Notes under the pieces: generated by a model
What the model saw: the letters and a program-made list of their open reading frames with translations, nothing else
The model's database searches: none
What the model was told of the DNA's origin: nothing
In this document: piece after piece, positions 1 through 9,080 of the stretch
How the letters are laid out: every line of letters starts with the position of its first letter
How positions within the stretch are numbered: the first letter of the stretch is position 1
Position numbers and translations under genes: made by a program
Virus record (IMG/VR): IMGVR_UViG_3300020045_005976
Span: 1 to 55,536 of that record
Length of the DNA stretch: 55,536 bases
DNA from: a virus
Taxonomy: Duplodnaviria > Caudoviricetes
Strand: one strand, 5' to 3'

Positions 1-121
1 ACAACGCGCTGATTGAGATTTACGGCAAGAAGTTCGCCCCGCCATTGGTGTTTGATTACGGAATTACCGCAACCGACGCCCCGCTGTTCATCATCTCGCC
101 GGAAGCCCTAGCCGACTTTGC
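1..121. repeat. Terminal direct repeat, left copy (121 bp)
   Basis: Identical to 55416-55536; an ORF reads in frame across the join. Confidence 0.97.
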
Positions 122-161
122 GAAAATGAATCGTTGGCGAAAACTTGAAGCTGGAAAATAA
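1..161 (+). CDS. 3' end of the junction-spanning lipoprotein (starts at 55208)
   Basis: Frame continues ...ALADFAKMNRWRKLEAGK to TAA at 159-161. Confidence 0.8.
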   Translation, partial: NALIEIYGKKFAPPLVFDYGITATDAPLFIISPEALADFAKMNRWRKLEAGK

Positions 162-184
162 AAACCCGGCAAATTAATGCCGGG
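156..184 (-). terminator. Intrinsic terminator between the convergent arms (possibly bidirectional)
   Basis: CCCGGCA-aattaa-TGCCGGG hairpin (165-184) followed by a T-rich tract on the minus strand; lies between convergent stops at 161 and 210. Confidence 0.7.
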
Positions 185-209
185 ATGATTTATTGCTTGG
201 TTGATTTTC

Positions 210-590
210 TTAATTCAGCTTCCCGTGCAATATTGGGCGCGTGACGTTGTATTTGTGTTTTGACTCGACACAAGCCGCAATGTCGATTCCGAGCCGTCCA
301 GCCAAGTCGAGCGCACGGATAATGATATCAGCGATTTCTTCCTCGGTCGTCGTTAGCGCCATTAGTCCCAAGTCTATCATCTTTTCGCATTTATCACACA
401 AATCACCATCCTTTCCGGCGCGCCAAGCGTCCCATAATTCCGTTACTTCGCCGTGCAAATTATTGCACTGATTGGCCATGAAATCGCGGATCGCTTGATT
501 TTCTGGATGGAATCCGTGATTGACGGCGTTTTCGTGAACCAATTCAGCTAACTGGTTCAGGTTTAGTTTTTTAATGTCTTGCGTTTTCAT
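210..590 (-). CDS. MazG-like nucleotide pyrophosphohydrolase
   Basis: HGEVTELWDAWR and EEEIADIIIRALDL motifs, plus C-terminal KHKYNVTRPILHGK; start taken at MKTQ. Confidence 0.8.
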   Translation of the reverse strand: MKTQDIKKLNLNQLAELVHENAVNHGFHPENQAIRDFMANQCNNLHGEVTELWDAWRAGKDGDLCDKCEKMIDLGLMALTTTEEEIADIIIRALDLAGRLGIDIAACVESKHKYNVTRPILHGKLN

Positions 591-976
591 TGTTTTGAAA
601 ATTCTCTGACCGTTACGAGCTTTTGCGTTTCTTTGCATGAAACGAAATAGGAGTTTTCAAGCCACGGCATACCTGATGGCTCGCCATGTTTTCCGCCTCC
701 GTGATAATATGTCCAGCCAACCCAAGTGCCATCGTCTAACATTGCGGCAACTTGTTCGCTTTCGTAACACCTTGACCATTCATCGTTTTTTATTTTAGTG
801 ATTTGACCAGATTGGCGAAACTCCTCCCGCTCGTCGGTCAGCGTGTCGTATCCGCATTCATATTCATCGTCATCGTTGAACTTGTCCCAAATTTCATCAA
901 TGTTATCGCCGTCTTTAAAGGTGTGAAGTTTGGCGTTTTTAAGGATTTGCGCCTTAATTTTTTGTTCGGCTGTCAT
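587..976 (-). CDS. Hypothetical phage protein
   Basis: ORF coupled by ATGA overlap to the next gene; WVGWTYYHGGGKHGEP motif. Confidence 0.65.
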   Translation of the reverse strand: MTAEQKIKAQILKNAKLHTFKDGDNIDEIWDKFNDDDEYECGYDTLTDEREEFRQSGQITKIKNDEWSRCYESEQVAAMLDDGTWVGWTYYHGGGKHGEPSGMPWLENSYFVSCKETQKLVTVREFSKQ

Positions 977-1120
977 ATGTTTTATTAAAAATTTCCTCAA
1001 CTCCTTTGCAACTTAGTTGCTCAAACCGAAAGTTGACGCTTTCGGCAACAAATGTTGAATTGAGGTTTTTTTCCGCCCGCAGATTTAACCGTTTAGAAAA
1101 AACTGTGGGCGAGAAAGTGT

Positions 1121-1483
1121 TTATTCGTGTCCTTGGATCATGGCTAAACATCGCGCATAACCAACCATGTCTACTGCGTTATCGCGCTTACTAGTGTGCA
1201 ATTCGCGCGCACACTTTAGCAGGATCATCATCATTGCCACGCCGTGTGCGTCCAAGGCGATTTGCGGTGATGAAATTTTCTCTCCGTTAGAATCAATGTT
1301 CTTGCTGCGTAAATAACCATTCCACATTTCGGCAATTCGCAGGTGATTTGCCAGCGGGTGGCCGTAGTTTTCTTGCCGGTCGCCATTGGTTGCGCGCAAG
1401 GCTTCAGCTAAGATTGATTCTTTCTTTTCCGGCCTGTCTGGCGTGAATGGCTTCGACGGAATGAAAGGTTTGATTATTTTCAT
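1121..1483 (-). CDS. DUF6378-like protein (often found with phage nucleotide-metabolism genes)
   Basis: ILAEA..NGDRQENYGHP..N..RIAEMWNGYL and MMILLKCARE..KRDNAVDMVGYA pattern. Confidence 0.75.
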   Translation of the reverse strand: MKIIKPFIPSKPFTPDRPEKKESILAEALRATNGDRQENYGHPLANHLRIAEMWNGYLRSKNIDSNGEKISSPQIALDAHGVAMMMILLKCARELHTSKRDNAVDMVGYARCLAMIQGHE

Positions 1484-1507
1484 GATTTTTAGCAGCTTGT
1501 CGTGGCA

Positions 1508-1720
1508 TTATTTAATTGTTTTCAGTGCGTATTTTCCGATGATTTGATCCGGCACAAGGTTTGCGCTTTTGCAAATCTCGATTGAATAGCCGCTCCCATG
1601 TCCGGTTAACTGCGATACGAAGCTCCACAGATAGCTTCCGTGCCACTTTCTTCCAGTCATGCTTATAGCGTTCGCTATTATTATGGCCGCGTTTTCGCCT
1701 GAAATTCTCATGTCTTTCAT
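1508..1720 (-). CDS. Hypothetical protein
   Basis: ORF in the leftward gene run. Confidence 0.5.
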   Translation of the reverse strand: MKDMRISGENAAIIIANAISMTGRKWHGSYLWSFVSQLTGHGSGYSIEICKSANLVPDQIIGKYALKTIK

Positions 1721-1769
1721 TTTTCAAATAGTCGTTTGGCGAATTGGCAGATGACCTCCGGGAATTTGC

Positions 1770-2171
1770 TCATAAATCGTATTGCTTCCATTTTCCGGTG
1801 GCGCGCAAAAGGGCTTCGCGAAGTTGTGCTGGTGTTGACAGCAAGCACGCAAGGCTCAAGCAGAATGGCCACTTGATTTCATGGAGATCACTTATAATCC
1901 GCGAATTAAGCTCATGAATAAAATTCAACTGCTCTCCGTATGTTTTTGTGTGCTTTTCAATCAGCGGCACCAGCACGTCTCGGGAATCGTAGTTTGGTAA
2001 AAAGTTAAGACAGTCACTAAGTCGTTGAGATTTATTGATGTCCGTCTCCCATGAGCACTTAACGTGCCCGTCGGGCGATCTCAATTGCCACAAAAGTTGA
2101 GTTCTCTCTATGGCTGATAAATTCCACCCGTCCAATTCAGCGCACGCTATGATTTGGTCGTTGATGCTCAT
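1770..2171 (-). CDS. Hypothetical phage protein
   Basis: Overlap-coupled ORF; C-terminal STPAQLREALLRATGKW. Confidence 0.6.
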   Translation of the reverse strand: MSINDQIIACAELDGWNLSAIERTQLLWQLRSPDGHVKCSWETDINKSQRLSDCLNFLPNYDSRDVLVPLIEKHTKTYGEQLNFIHELNSRIISDLHEIKWPFCLSLACLLSTPAQLREALLRATGKWKQYDL

Positions 2172-2446
2172 TTCATTTCCTTTCCGATTCGCAGTACTAG
2201 CCGCAGCGCCGCGCCAGCCTTTGCCGCTTTAGTTTGGTGGCTCACCCATGAGGGATGCTTTTTCTGGCAAGACTCGCACCAGTCGGCAAAAATAAGACCT
2301 GAAACAATGTAGCATTTAGGCTCATCCTCGCCTACTGCTTCGCATGGTCCGGCGGAAGTCGCTACCGCAACAAAATCCCGCTTCGCAATTCGAGCTTCAA
2401 GCCTTGTTTTGTATAGGTTCTTTATGGCGTCGCGCAAGTTTTTCAT
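2168..2446 (-). CDS. Hypothetical protein (CxxC)
   Basis: ATGA overlaps at both ends. Confidence 0.6.
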   Translation of the reverse strand: MKNLRDAIKNLYKTRLEARIAKRDFVAVATSAGPCEAVGEDEPKCYIVSGLIFADWCESCQKKHPSWVSHQTKAAKAGAALRLVLRIGKEMK

Positions 2447-2889
2447 TTCCCATCCTTTAATTGGTTGAATTTGGACAACGTCTCGTCCGCTATTTCAGCG
2501 TCCGCCCTTGATACAATGTAACCGAAAGAATCAAGTAGCTTTGCCATTTCTTCCGCCATCGCCTTCCATTGGTCGCGCTCTTCCCGCAGGTCATTGTGAA
2601 CCTCGATGCAATTGCGTTCGCCGGTTTCAAAAGCGGCTTTCAATTCCTTGTTTTCATTGGTCAACTTTTGAATCTCTGATAGATACTTCCCGCGCTCAAT
2701 CGCGATTGCTTTTTTGTGGTCATATTCGGCCTGTTTCGCACTGGCTTGAATCGCGTTCGTTTCACACTCCTCCGCGACAATGAACCTCGCCACCATCCCC
2801 TTGATGTGGTACAAGGGTACCACCTTTGGCGACCACTCAGAAACCAAGCTCGCAACTTCCTCCGCGCATTGTTCAATTTTGGTTTTCAT
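2443..2889 (-). CDS. Hypothetical coiled-coil protein
   Basis: Coupled ORF with heptad-like stretches. Confidence 0.6.
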   Translation of the reverse strand: MKTKIEQCAEEVASLVSEWSPKVVPLYHIKGMVARFIVAEECETNAIQASAKQAEYDHKKAIAIERGKYLSEIQKLTNENKELKAAFETGERNCIEVHNDLREERDQWKAMAEEMAKLLDSFGYIVSRADAEIADETLSKFNQLKDGK

Positions 2890-3095
2890 TAAATATACCT
2901 TTCAAAACTATTGCTTTGATTTTCTTCGGCTATTAAATCCAGTTCAGCCTTAAGCCTTGCGCACTCCTTTTTAAGGTTGTCGCGTTCCGATTTGATATTT
3001 GCGAGTTCTTTTTTAAGCGCATCGCGCTCGTGTATTAACTGAATGCGAAACGCATCTGACACCTTTAGCCGGTTAAAAAGTTTGACTTTGTTCAT
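2889..3095 (-). CDS. Hypothetical coiled-coil protein
   Basis: Coupled ORF; ERDALKKEL/ERDNLKKEC repeat. Confidence 0.55.
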   Translation of the reverse strand: MNKVKLFNRLKVSDAFRIQLIHERDALKKELANIKSERDNLKKECARLKAELDLIAEENQSNSFERYI

Positions 3096-3252
3096 TGTAA
3101 ATTCTTTCTGGCCATACTCAAAAACCAATAGGCGATTGAAAATTCAACCAACCAAAGAGCTATCCGGCCTACTTCTTTGTGAAAAGACACCGACAAAAAC
3201 GCCACGGAAAAAGTGACGATTGAAACGATGATTGCGGTTTTTAGCATAGCGT

Positions 3253-3639
3253 TTATGTCTTTCTGGCTTCCATCATAGCATCAGCCAACGCATAGCACCG
3301 TTTTGCTGTTTCACTTGACGGAAATATAAATCCGCCCGCATTTCCGCAACTAGAAAGCCATCCTTGGGCGATGTGCATTGCGAACATGTCACGCAACTGC
3401 GGCGTGTAATTGTTTCCTTCATCATCATTTGATTCAGGTTTGGCAATTTCCTTTTTTGCTTCAATCAAATCAGTCACCATCCTTTCAGCCAAGGCGGACT
3501 TACGTTTGAAATAAATCAACTTTTCATAAATCGGTTGCAACTTATTGCCGATAACTTGGGTGTTATTGGTCACGCAATCGGCCTGAAACGCTGCGACGAG
3601 CGATGCCAATTCGGCGGATAAAAGTTGTTGTGAAATCAT
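3253..3639 (-). CDS. Hypothetical phage protein
   Basis: LRDMFAM...CYALADAMMEAR, a common small phage-protein motif; start taken at MISQQ. Confidence 0.6.
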   Translation of the reverse strand: MISQQLLSAELASLVAAFQADCVTNNTQVIGNKLQPIYEKLIYFKRKSALAERMVTDLIEAKKEIAKPESNDDEGNNYTPQLRDMFAMHIAQGWLSSCGNAGGFIFPSSETAKRCYALADAMMEARKT

Positions 3640-3721
3640 AATGACAAAGCGTATTTGGTCAGCGCGAAACAGATTGCGCCGATGATTGAAATGCGAAGTA
3701 AGACGGCGGCAGTGTGGTGAT

Positions 3722-4084
3722 TCACAACCCCTCCCCGACTTCGTATTCTTGGACGATGTGAATGCAGGCGATGCGGTTGGACTTGTAATCGTCTGCGGCA
3801 ATCCTTGTGTCAAATCTCATTGACGTTTCCGGGTAAATGTTCACCCAGCAATCCAGCGTCCGCTTTTCGGGGATGTTTTTAAGATTTCGGCCATCTTCCT
3901 CACCGGCGTAAAGCTCGCCGCAAAGTGTAAAAGATGCGTGTGCAATTTCCCCCGAATGAAGCTCATAGTCGACTGACAGCGGGTAACTGTGCCCACTAAC
4001 TTTGCTTTTGCTGGTCGTTGAAATTATCCACGCGGACAGCCCGTTCTTTTGCCGCACCGGCCTTGTTAAGTCTAATGTTTTCAT
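3722..4084 (-). CDS. Hypothetical phage protein
   Basis: Coupled to the exonuclease gene. Confidence 0.6.
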   Translation of the reverse strand: MKTLDLTRPVRQKNGLSAWIISTTSKSKVSGHSYPLSVDYELHSGEIAHASFTLCGELYAGEEDGRNLKNIPEKRTLDCWVNIYPETSMRFDTRIAADDYKSNRIACIHIVQEYEVGEGL

Positions 4085-5094
4085 GGAATTATTTCGTTGT
4101 TTTCGTTGGTTGATTGTTCCTGTTGCGGTTCAATAAATTCGGCGGATCCGGTGCATTGGCGATATTTAAACAATTCATCCGGCCCGATGATTTGCGTTTT
4201 TCCAAATTGAATTCCGCGCGCTGGATAGGATGGCCATACGCCAGTTTTGAGGCATTGACAGTAAATCGCCAAAGCGCGGCGATATTTTGCGCGGCCCCAT
4301 TCGAGAAACTCAGACGAGAGGCAGGGCGGCGGGCAAACAATGTCAAAGGGTTCGGTGTTTTCAATGACCAAATGAACAAAATCCGCTCTGTCTTCGTTTG
4401 GCACGGCGGCGCGATAAAGGTCCATGTAAATCGCGGATTGCACGTCGTAACCGGAATCATTCACGACCCTTGCCCATCCTTCAGGATTTCCATTTCGCGC
4501 GGTTTTAATGTCGGCGAGCGTCTTTCCCCATGCCGGATTGCTGGCGTCTGGAATCAAGTCCAGCAACGCGGCAAATGGCACCGTGATTCCCGTAGCATCA
4601 TCGTGCCAGTCGGCCACAATCAGCACTTGCTTTTTTGAGCATTGAATCAATTCAACCGCCCACGGGTGAGACTCAATTTGGCGGACGGCATCTTGCGCGC
4701 GTCCAAGTGTTGCGTGAGAAATTGCAGTGACGCCTTTTGGCACTGATTCAAGCCATTCTTTGCACCAAGTCGAGTTCCCGCTCCACGGCTTCATGTCGCC
4801 AGTCTCAACTCCCTTTTTGTCAACCACGGGATATTCCAGCGGGCGAACGACGTATTTCTTGCCGAAGCGCTCTGGCGCGGTAAGCAGGCAATCCAGAAGC
4901 GATCCAAATTCCATCGCGTTGGTTGACTCAAACGAGTCTTTCGACTTGACCCATTTCGCCGGATTGGCGTCATCCGCAAGGCAGAATTCAACAAGCCGAC
5001 TGCGGCTCATGACATATTCCGCACTTCCGCGAGCGGGTTGGTTGGCCCCGCCGCGCTCCATCTTTTCTCCAATGATTTTTGCGTTTTTCCACAT
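4081..5094 (-). CDS. RecE/exonuclease VIII-like PD-(D/E)XK nuclease
   Basis: AMEFGS, LDLIP, LADIKT and GYDVQSAIY motifs. Confidence 0.85.
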   Translation of the reverse strand: MWKNAKIIGEKMERGGANQPARGSAEYVMSRSRLVEFCLADDANPAKWVKSKDSFESTNAMEFGSLLDCLLTAPERFGKKYVVRPLEYPVVDKKGVETGDMKPWSGNSTWCKEWLESVPKGVTAISHATLGRAQDAVRQIESHPWAVELIQCSKKQVLIVADWHDDATGITVPFAALLDLIPDASNPAWGKTLADIKTARNGNPEGWARVVNDSGYDVQSAIYMDLYRAAVPNEDRADFVHLVIENTEPFDIVCPPPCLSSEFLEWGRAKYRRALAIYCQCLKTGVWPSYPARGIQFGKTQIIGPDELFKYRQCTGSAEFIEPQQEQSTNENNEIIP

Positions 5095-5099
5095 AGAAT

Positions 5100-5270
5100 T
5101 TAGTTGTTGATTTTGAAAACCGATCCAATGATTTGATGACCGCCAGCCGCCTGTTTTAGCATTTTATCACGAATTTCTTTGGTTTTGTAAACCTCAGTAT
5201 TCGGACAATCGAGCGAATGGCCAGCGGTCATTTGTTGCACCGTGCACTAAACTCCGTTAATTGTTTTCAT
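5100..5270 (-). pseudogene. Small ORF interrupted by an in-frame TAG at codon 8
   Basis: MKTINGV*CTVQQMTAGHSLDCPNTEVYKTKEIRDKMLK...; directly follows a promoter. Confidence 0.45.
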
Positions 5271-5276
5271 ACACCA

Positions 5277-5305
5277 ACAATACTAGCCGGTTAGCTTCCG
5301 TGCAA
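5277..5305 (-). promoter_or_regulatory. Sigma70-type promoter (leaderless) with spacer operator
   Basis: TTGCAC-17-TATTGT; ATG 6 nt after the -10; spacer contains CTAACCGGCTAG. Confidence 0.65.
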
Positions 5306-5314
5306 GATTTTTCT

Positions 5315-5485
5315 TCACTTCTTTTTCGGCCTACCACCAAGCAATCCGTTTCGACGAGATGCCGCAGCTCTGGCTGGTGATTTCTTTAGCCCGCCAAGTC
5401 GGCCAAGTTCGACCGCTGCCTGGTTTTTTGGATGACCAGAGCTGTTTAGCTCTTGCGCTTTATTTGTCTGCTTTGTTTTTTTCAT
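5315..5485 (-). CDS. Small basic protein, likely nucleic-acid binding (56 aa, below the ORF-track cutoff)
   Basis: KNQAAVELGRLGGLKKSPARAAASRRNGLLGGRPKKK; ends in a GRP AT-hook-like motif. Confidence 0.65.
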   Translation of the reverse strand: MKKTKQTNKAQELNSSGHPKNQAAVELGRLGGLKKSPARAAASRRNGLLGGRPKKK

Positions 5486-5652
5486 GTTTAAAATTATTTA
5501 CCGGTCTTTCCCGGCTGTCCTTTGGCCAGCCTCCCGCGAGAAACCCTAGGATCGCGGAGATTGCTGGCTAAATTGTTCCCGGTAGTCACGCCAGGCCGTG
5601 GATGCAATCCGCTCATGCAACTAAGCTGCCGAGTAAATCCGGCATTAAGGAA

Positions 5653-6696
5653 TTATTTCAATTTTTTCTCGGTCAGGCTGATAACTGACAGTAATTCGCC
5701 CTCAGTTAATTTGTCCAAAGTCAAGGTTGGATCAAGAATCGCGTTATCCCAAAGCCATTGCTCCAGCTTCGCCCGGTCTTTTTCGTGGATTACCATTGTT
5801 AGCGTCCAGAGCTTTGCCTTCAGTTGCTTTATCGCGGCTTCAGGATTTGGCTTTGATTCCGGCACCGTTCCACCACAGATTTTGAGAATCGCCTCGGCGT
5901 GATCAAACGTATACTGCTCTCCATTTCTCGGCAGTGCCGAAAGTATTGAAGGATGCGTTGTCTTGGTGCCTTGACCAAGCGGCAATTGGAATGAGCAAAA
6001 TCCACCCTCGCCCGCGTCATTTGGCTGGACAAATCCAACCGCCAGCGCCGTCCGGGTGAGTCCAGATTCCTGAATAGGAGATTCAAATTCATTCGGTTTA
6101 GATGTTGAGACGTTAAACTTTTTCTTGGACTGAAAAAGCAAAGTTAGATTAACTTCGGCTGAAGTGATGGCATTAACCATTTTCTGATGAGTCCAAGGCT
6201 TGATTGCTGCTGCCGCTGCCGCTGCCGAACGCTTTTTCTTGGCTTCGTCATCGCCCGCCATCTGGTTTAGCCGCTCGTCTTTCAGGTCCAAATACCCGCC
6301 TTCACTGTCCCAAGCTTGCGACATTACATCCATGATCACAGTCTTGCATCCGGCCTCGGTCAGAGACTCAAGTGCTGCAATGACTTTCAGCGGATTGAAC
6401 GGCGCGTCAACGTAAATGACCTTGAATCGGCCAATCCAATCAGCCTTGCTGCCGCCGTATTTTTCCATCGCCTTGGTCGCAACAATGTCAATCGCCCAAG
6501 CCGAGCGCCGACCTTCTCCGTCAACCCATCCGATGGAACCACCCGGAGTGATCCCGATTGAATGAATTCCAGCCGTAACGCTTTTGCCTCCACCAACGCT
6601 TCCGAAAAAAGCAAATGTAATTGACCGGGCAGTGATGGCCGAAACTTCCGGCTTCATCTGCGATTTAAACGATTCCACTTCTTGTTTCCAGTTCAT
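5653..6696 (-). CDS. Sak4/AAA_24-like recombination ATPase
   Basis: Walker A GSVGGGKS, WVDGEGR, and VIMDVMSQAWDSEGG; near the RecE-like nuclease. Confidence 0.8.
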   Translation of the reverse strand: MNWKQEVESFKSQMKPEVSAITARSITFAFFGSVGGGKSVTAGIHSIGITPGGSIGWVDGEGRRSAWAIDIVATKAMEKYGGSKADWIGRFKVIYVDAPFNPLKVIAALESLTEAGCKTVIMDVMSQAWDSEGGYLDLKDERLNQMAGDDEAKKKRSAAAAAAAIKPWTHQKMVNAITSAEVNLTLLFQSKKKFNVSTSKPNEFESPIQESGLTRTALAVGFVQPNDAGEGGFCSFQLPLGQGTKTTHPSILSALPRNGEQYTFDHAEAILKICGGTVPESKPNPEAAIKQLKAKLWTLTMVIHEKDRAKLEQWLWDNAILDPTLTLDKLTEGELLSVISLTEKKLK

Positions 6697-6700
6697 AGGA

Positions 6701-7072
6701 TTAAATTTTCACCAGAAAGTTTTCGCAAAATACGTTAATGTTACCATCAGTTATCTCATCCTCGGTGACGACCACATAATGAACTAAAACGCCTTCGTTG
6801 CCCAAAACAGATGCCGCAATTGCGTTGGCCTCTTTGGCTACTTTACACATAATAACACCATCAACGCGCAGATCATCCCACATAACAGTCACGGCGTCAC
6901 CTGGTTGGAACTTATCAGCCTTCACGGACGCCCTTCCAAATAAATCTGCCAACGGCTTAAAATTGAAACGCTTCAAGATTTCATCGTCAATAATTGAATT
7001 GCACTCATCTCGAATATCAATTAAATGCTCAATCGAGCGCGCGGACCGAACTTCCTGTTTAAGCGTCATCAT
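6701..7072 (-). CDS. Hypothetical protein
   Basis: Tightly packed ORF. Confidence 0.55.
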   Translation of the reverse strand: MMTLKQEVRSARSIEHLIDIRDECNSIIDDEILKRFNFKPLADLFGRASVKADKFQPGDAVTVMWDDLRVDGVIMCKVAKEANAIAASVLGNEGVLVHYVVVTEDEITDGNINVFCENFLVKI

Positions 7073-7076
7073 AAAA

Positions 7077-7574
7077 TTACTTCCTTTCGTTACTTGTTTT
7101 GTTTGCCAAAATTACATCCAGCTTTTTAAAAGCTGATTCTTTCACTATTCCAATATTGTCGAATGTCTTACACCGGCAGCAGCATCCAACGTTTTCTGGA
7201 TTCATCTGCCGATAACCTTCGCATTCGCAATCACCGGCCTCATAAAGCTGGACCAAAAGCCTGACAAGCAAATTGACATCGTCTGGAAGTTTGACTTTTT
7301 GAGGAACGGAAACAACCGCTCCGATGCTCTCGTCGGACGGCTTGCAAGATTGGTAAATCGCGAGATCAACCTCATTCGCAATTTCTAATTGAACCACGGA
7401 GAACGGAGAAAATCGCGCCAGATATTCACGCATAGCCAGCAAGTCGGCCTGCGCCAGTTCTGCCGGAACATTGAATCCGGTAAGATTGTTAAATTTGTCA
7501 GATAGTGTGTTCATGTGTGAATAAATTATTCTATGCGCCTCGGTTTTGCAAGTTAAATCGCAATGAGTTTTCAA
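7077..7574 (-). CDS. Hypothetical Cys-containing protein (start uncertain)
   Basis: Tightly packed ORF. Confidence 0.5.
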   Translation of the reverse strand: MKTHCDLTCKTEAHRIIYSHMNTLSDKFNNLTGFNVPAELAQADLLAMREYLARFSPFSVVQLEIANEVDLAIYQSCKPSDESIGAVVSVPQKVKLPDDVNLLVRLLVQLYEAGDCECEGYRQMNPENVGCCCRCKTFDNIGIVKESAFKKLDVILANKTSNERK

Positions 7575-8591
7575 TCAGAATCCCTTCAGCCATTGCTGCA
7601 CGCGCATTTCGGCGGGCCATTCGGCGGGGTCTGCGCCTTTTTTATCTTTCAGCGAAGCTCCTGATAGCTCCCGATCTTCACCTAATGGTTCAAGCAATCC
7701 GACAGGATTTTGACCAAGCTGCTTCATGAATACCGGCACCCCTGCGGCCCGGCCCTGCTCAATTAAGCGCCGCCCCCAATCCAGATTGAACTCGCGCGCC
7801 TTCGGCCCGGACTCGCCGCCGATGATGAGCCAGTCAATTTTTGCCGCATTAATAAGAGACTTGTTTTGTTTTCGAGACTTGCCCCAAGTCCACATGTAAT
7901 AAAGTTCCACCGGCCCGAGCAGCGGTTCTAAACTCAATCCACGGCACGCCAGCGGCACCGTCAGAAACTGCGGGATGCGCTTATCCGCCTGCTCTTGGTT
8001 TTCCACCGAGCACAGACCGATGATGTTTGATGGAACCTTTACCTCGGTGCGCCAATCCATCAACCAGTGATACAGTTCAGACACTTCACTTTCTGGGGAT
8101 GGGTGGATATGCTGAATAACCGAGCACATCCGCATCAACCAACCCTCCCATCGTTTTGAACACAGAATCCACGTCACTTGATCGCACTGCCGGATGGTGT
8201 CCAACATCTCCGCGAGCCATTCGATAGGCACATCCTTGTCCAGCCAGTCGCCTAGCGACAGTGAAAAGATTCGGCGGCGATGATAACCAGTTCCGCAGCA
8301 AGCATTATCCGATGGTGAGTCGTCTTGCGCTAAACCCCATTTTAGGGGTTTCCATGACTTTCCGCACTCATCACAAATCCACGGCTTGGCATTCATTTTG
8401 AACGCTTCCTTGACAGACGACTTTGATTTCAGCCGGGGCGCACCCTTGCCGAAATGAATAACCTTTTCCTGCAACATCCGCGCATCGCGGGCCTCGGCAT
8501 AGCAATGGGCACAGCCCGCGCTTACTTTTGTGCATCCGGACCAGAAATTGAGCGTGCTGTCCGTCCAGCCGATTTTTGATTTTTCTGCCAT
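7575..8591 (-). CDS. DUF5131 (phage Gp37/Gp68) family protein
   Basis: SKIGWTDSTLNFWSGCTKVSAGCAHCYA, SVENQ, LSLEPLLG, WLIIGGESG and VPVFMKQLG motifs. Confidence 0.92.
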   Translation of the reverse strand: MAEKSKIGWTDSTLNFWSGCTKVSAGCAHCYAEARDARMLQEKVIHFGKGAPRLKSKSSVKEAFKMNAKPWICDECGKSWKPLKWGLAQDDSPSDNACCGTGYHRRRIFSLSLGDWLDKDVPIEWLAEMLDTIRQCDQVTWILCSKRWEGWLMRMCSVIQHIHPSPESEVSELYHWLMDWRTEVKVPSNIIGLCSVENQEQADKRIPQFLTVPLACRGLSLEPLLGPVELYYMWTWGKSRKQNKSLINAAKIDWLIIGGESGPKAREFNLDWGRRLIEQGRAAGVPVFMKQLGQNPVGLLEPLGEDRELSGASLKDKKGADPAEWPAEMRVQQWLKGF

Positions 8592-8598
8592 AATTGGT

Positions 8599-9048
8599 TT
8601 AGTTGATTATTTTCTGCATTTTCAACTGTCCGCCATCTTTCCAAACGAGAAAAAAATCCATTTCAGGATAAGTGGTTGCCGCCACTTTCAGCGCCAGAAT
8701 TCCTTTTGCTGCGCCTTTCATCCCTGAGCCGCCTTTGCATTCCCAGCAGGTCATTTTACCGCCCACAAGTCCGCTAATGTCCGGCTTATACCACGCGCCA
8801 TTTGCAAGCTTTAAACGCAATGACTGCGCGCGCAAATGTGTCACAATTGGATCAACTGAAAGATAATTGAACGCTTCAAGCTCAAGCCGGTTCATTAAAG
8901 GCTTTTTTTCTTGGCGAACGCGAGAACCGTCGCCGAAAACGCTTTTCTGTTTTGGAATTTCCATGACGTCACCCATCTGCTTTTGAAAAAAAGACTCCGG
9001 CGCATTGGGGAATTTCTTCCGCAGTAGTTGGATTTGCGCCGGAGTCAT
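8599..9048 (-). CDS. DUF1064/VRR-NUC-like PD-(D/E)XK endonuclease
   Basis: MNRLE, YKPDI and CWECKG motifs. Confidence 0.65.
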   Translation of the reverse strand: MTPAQIQLLRKKFPNAPESFFQKQMGDVMEIPKQKSVFGDGSRVRQEKKPLMNRLELEAFNYLSVDPIVTHLRAQSLRLKLANGAWYKPDISGLVGGKMTCWECKGGSGMKGAAKGILALKVAATTYPEMDFFLVWKDGGQLKMQKIIN

Positions 9049-9080
9049 GGTTGCGGTTAGTTGGTTTTGACTTCGTGGAG

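Noticed and set aside
1-121. Terminal repeat as physical virion ends
   Set aside because: It falls mid-gene and its length fits an assembler overlap; physical ends cannot be inferred from it
5247-5249. Possible genome-wide TAG recoding
   Set aside because: terL, capsid, 34362 and the chaperone all end normally at TAG, long genes are intact in the standard code, and no suppressor tRNA was seen
6184-6200. CTGATGAGTCC resembling a second hammerhead core
   Set aside because: No matching GGAC-GAAA or stems nearby; lies antisense within the ATPase gene
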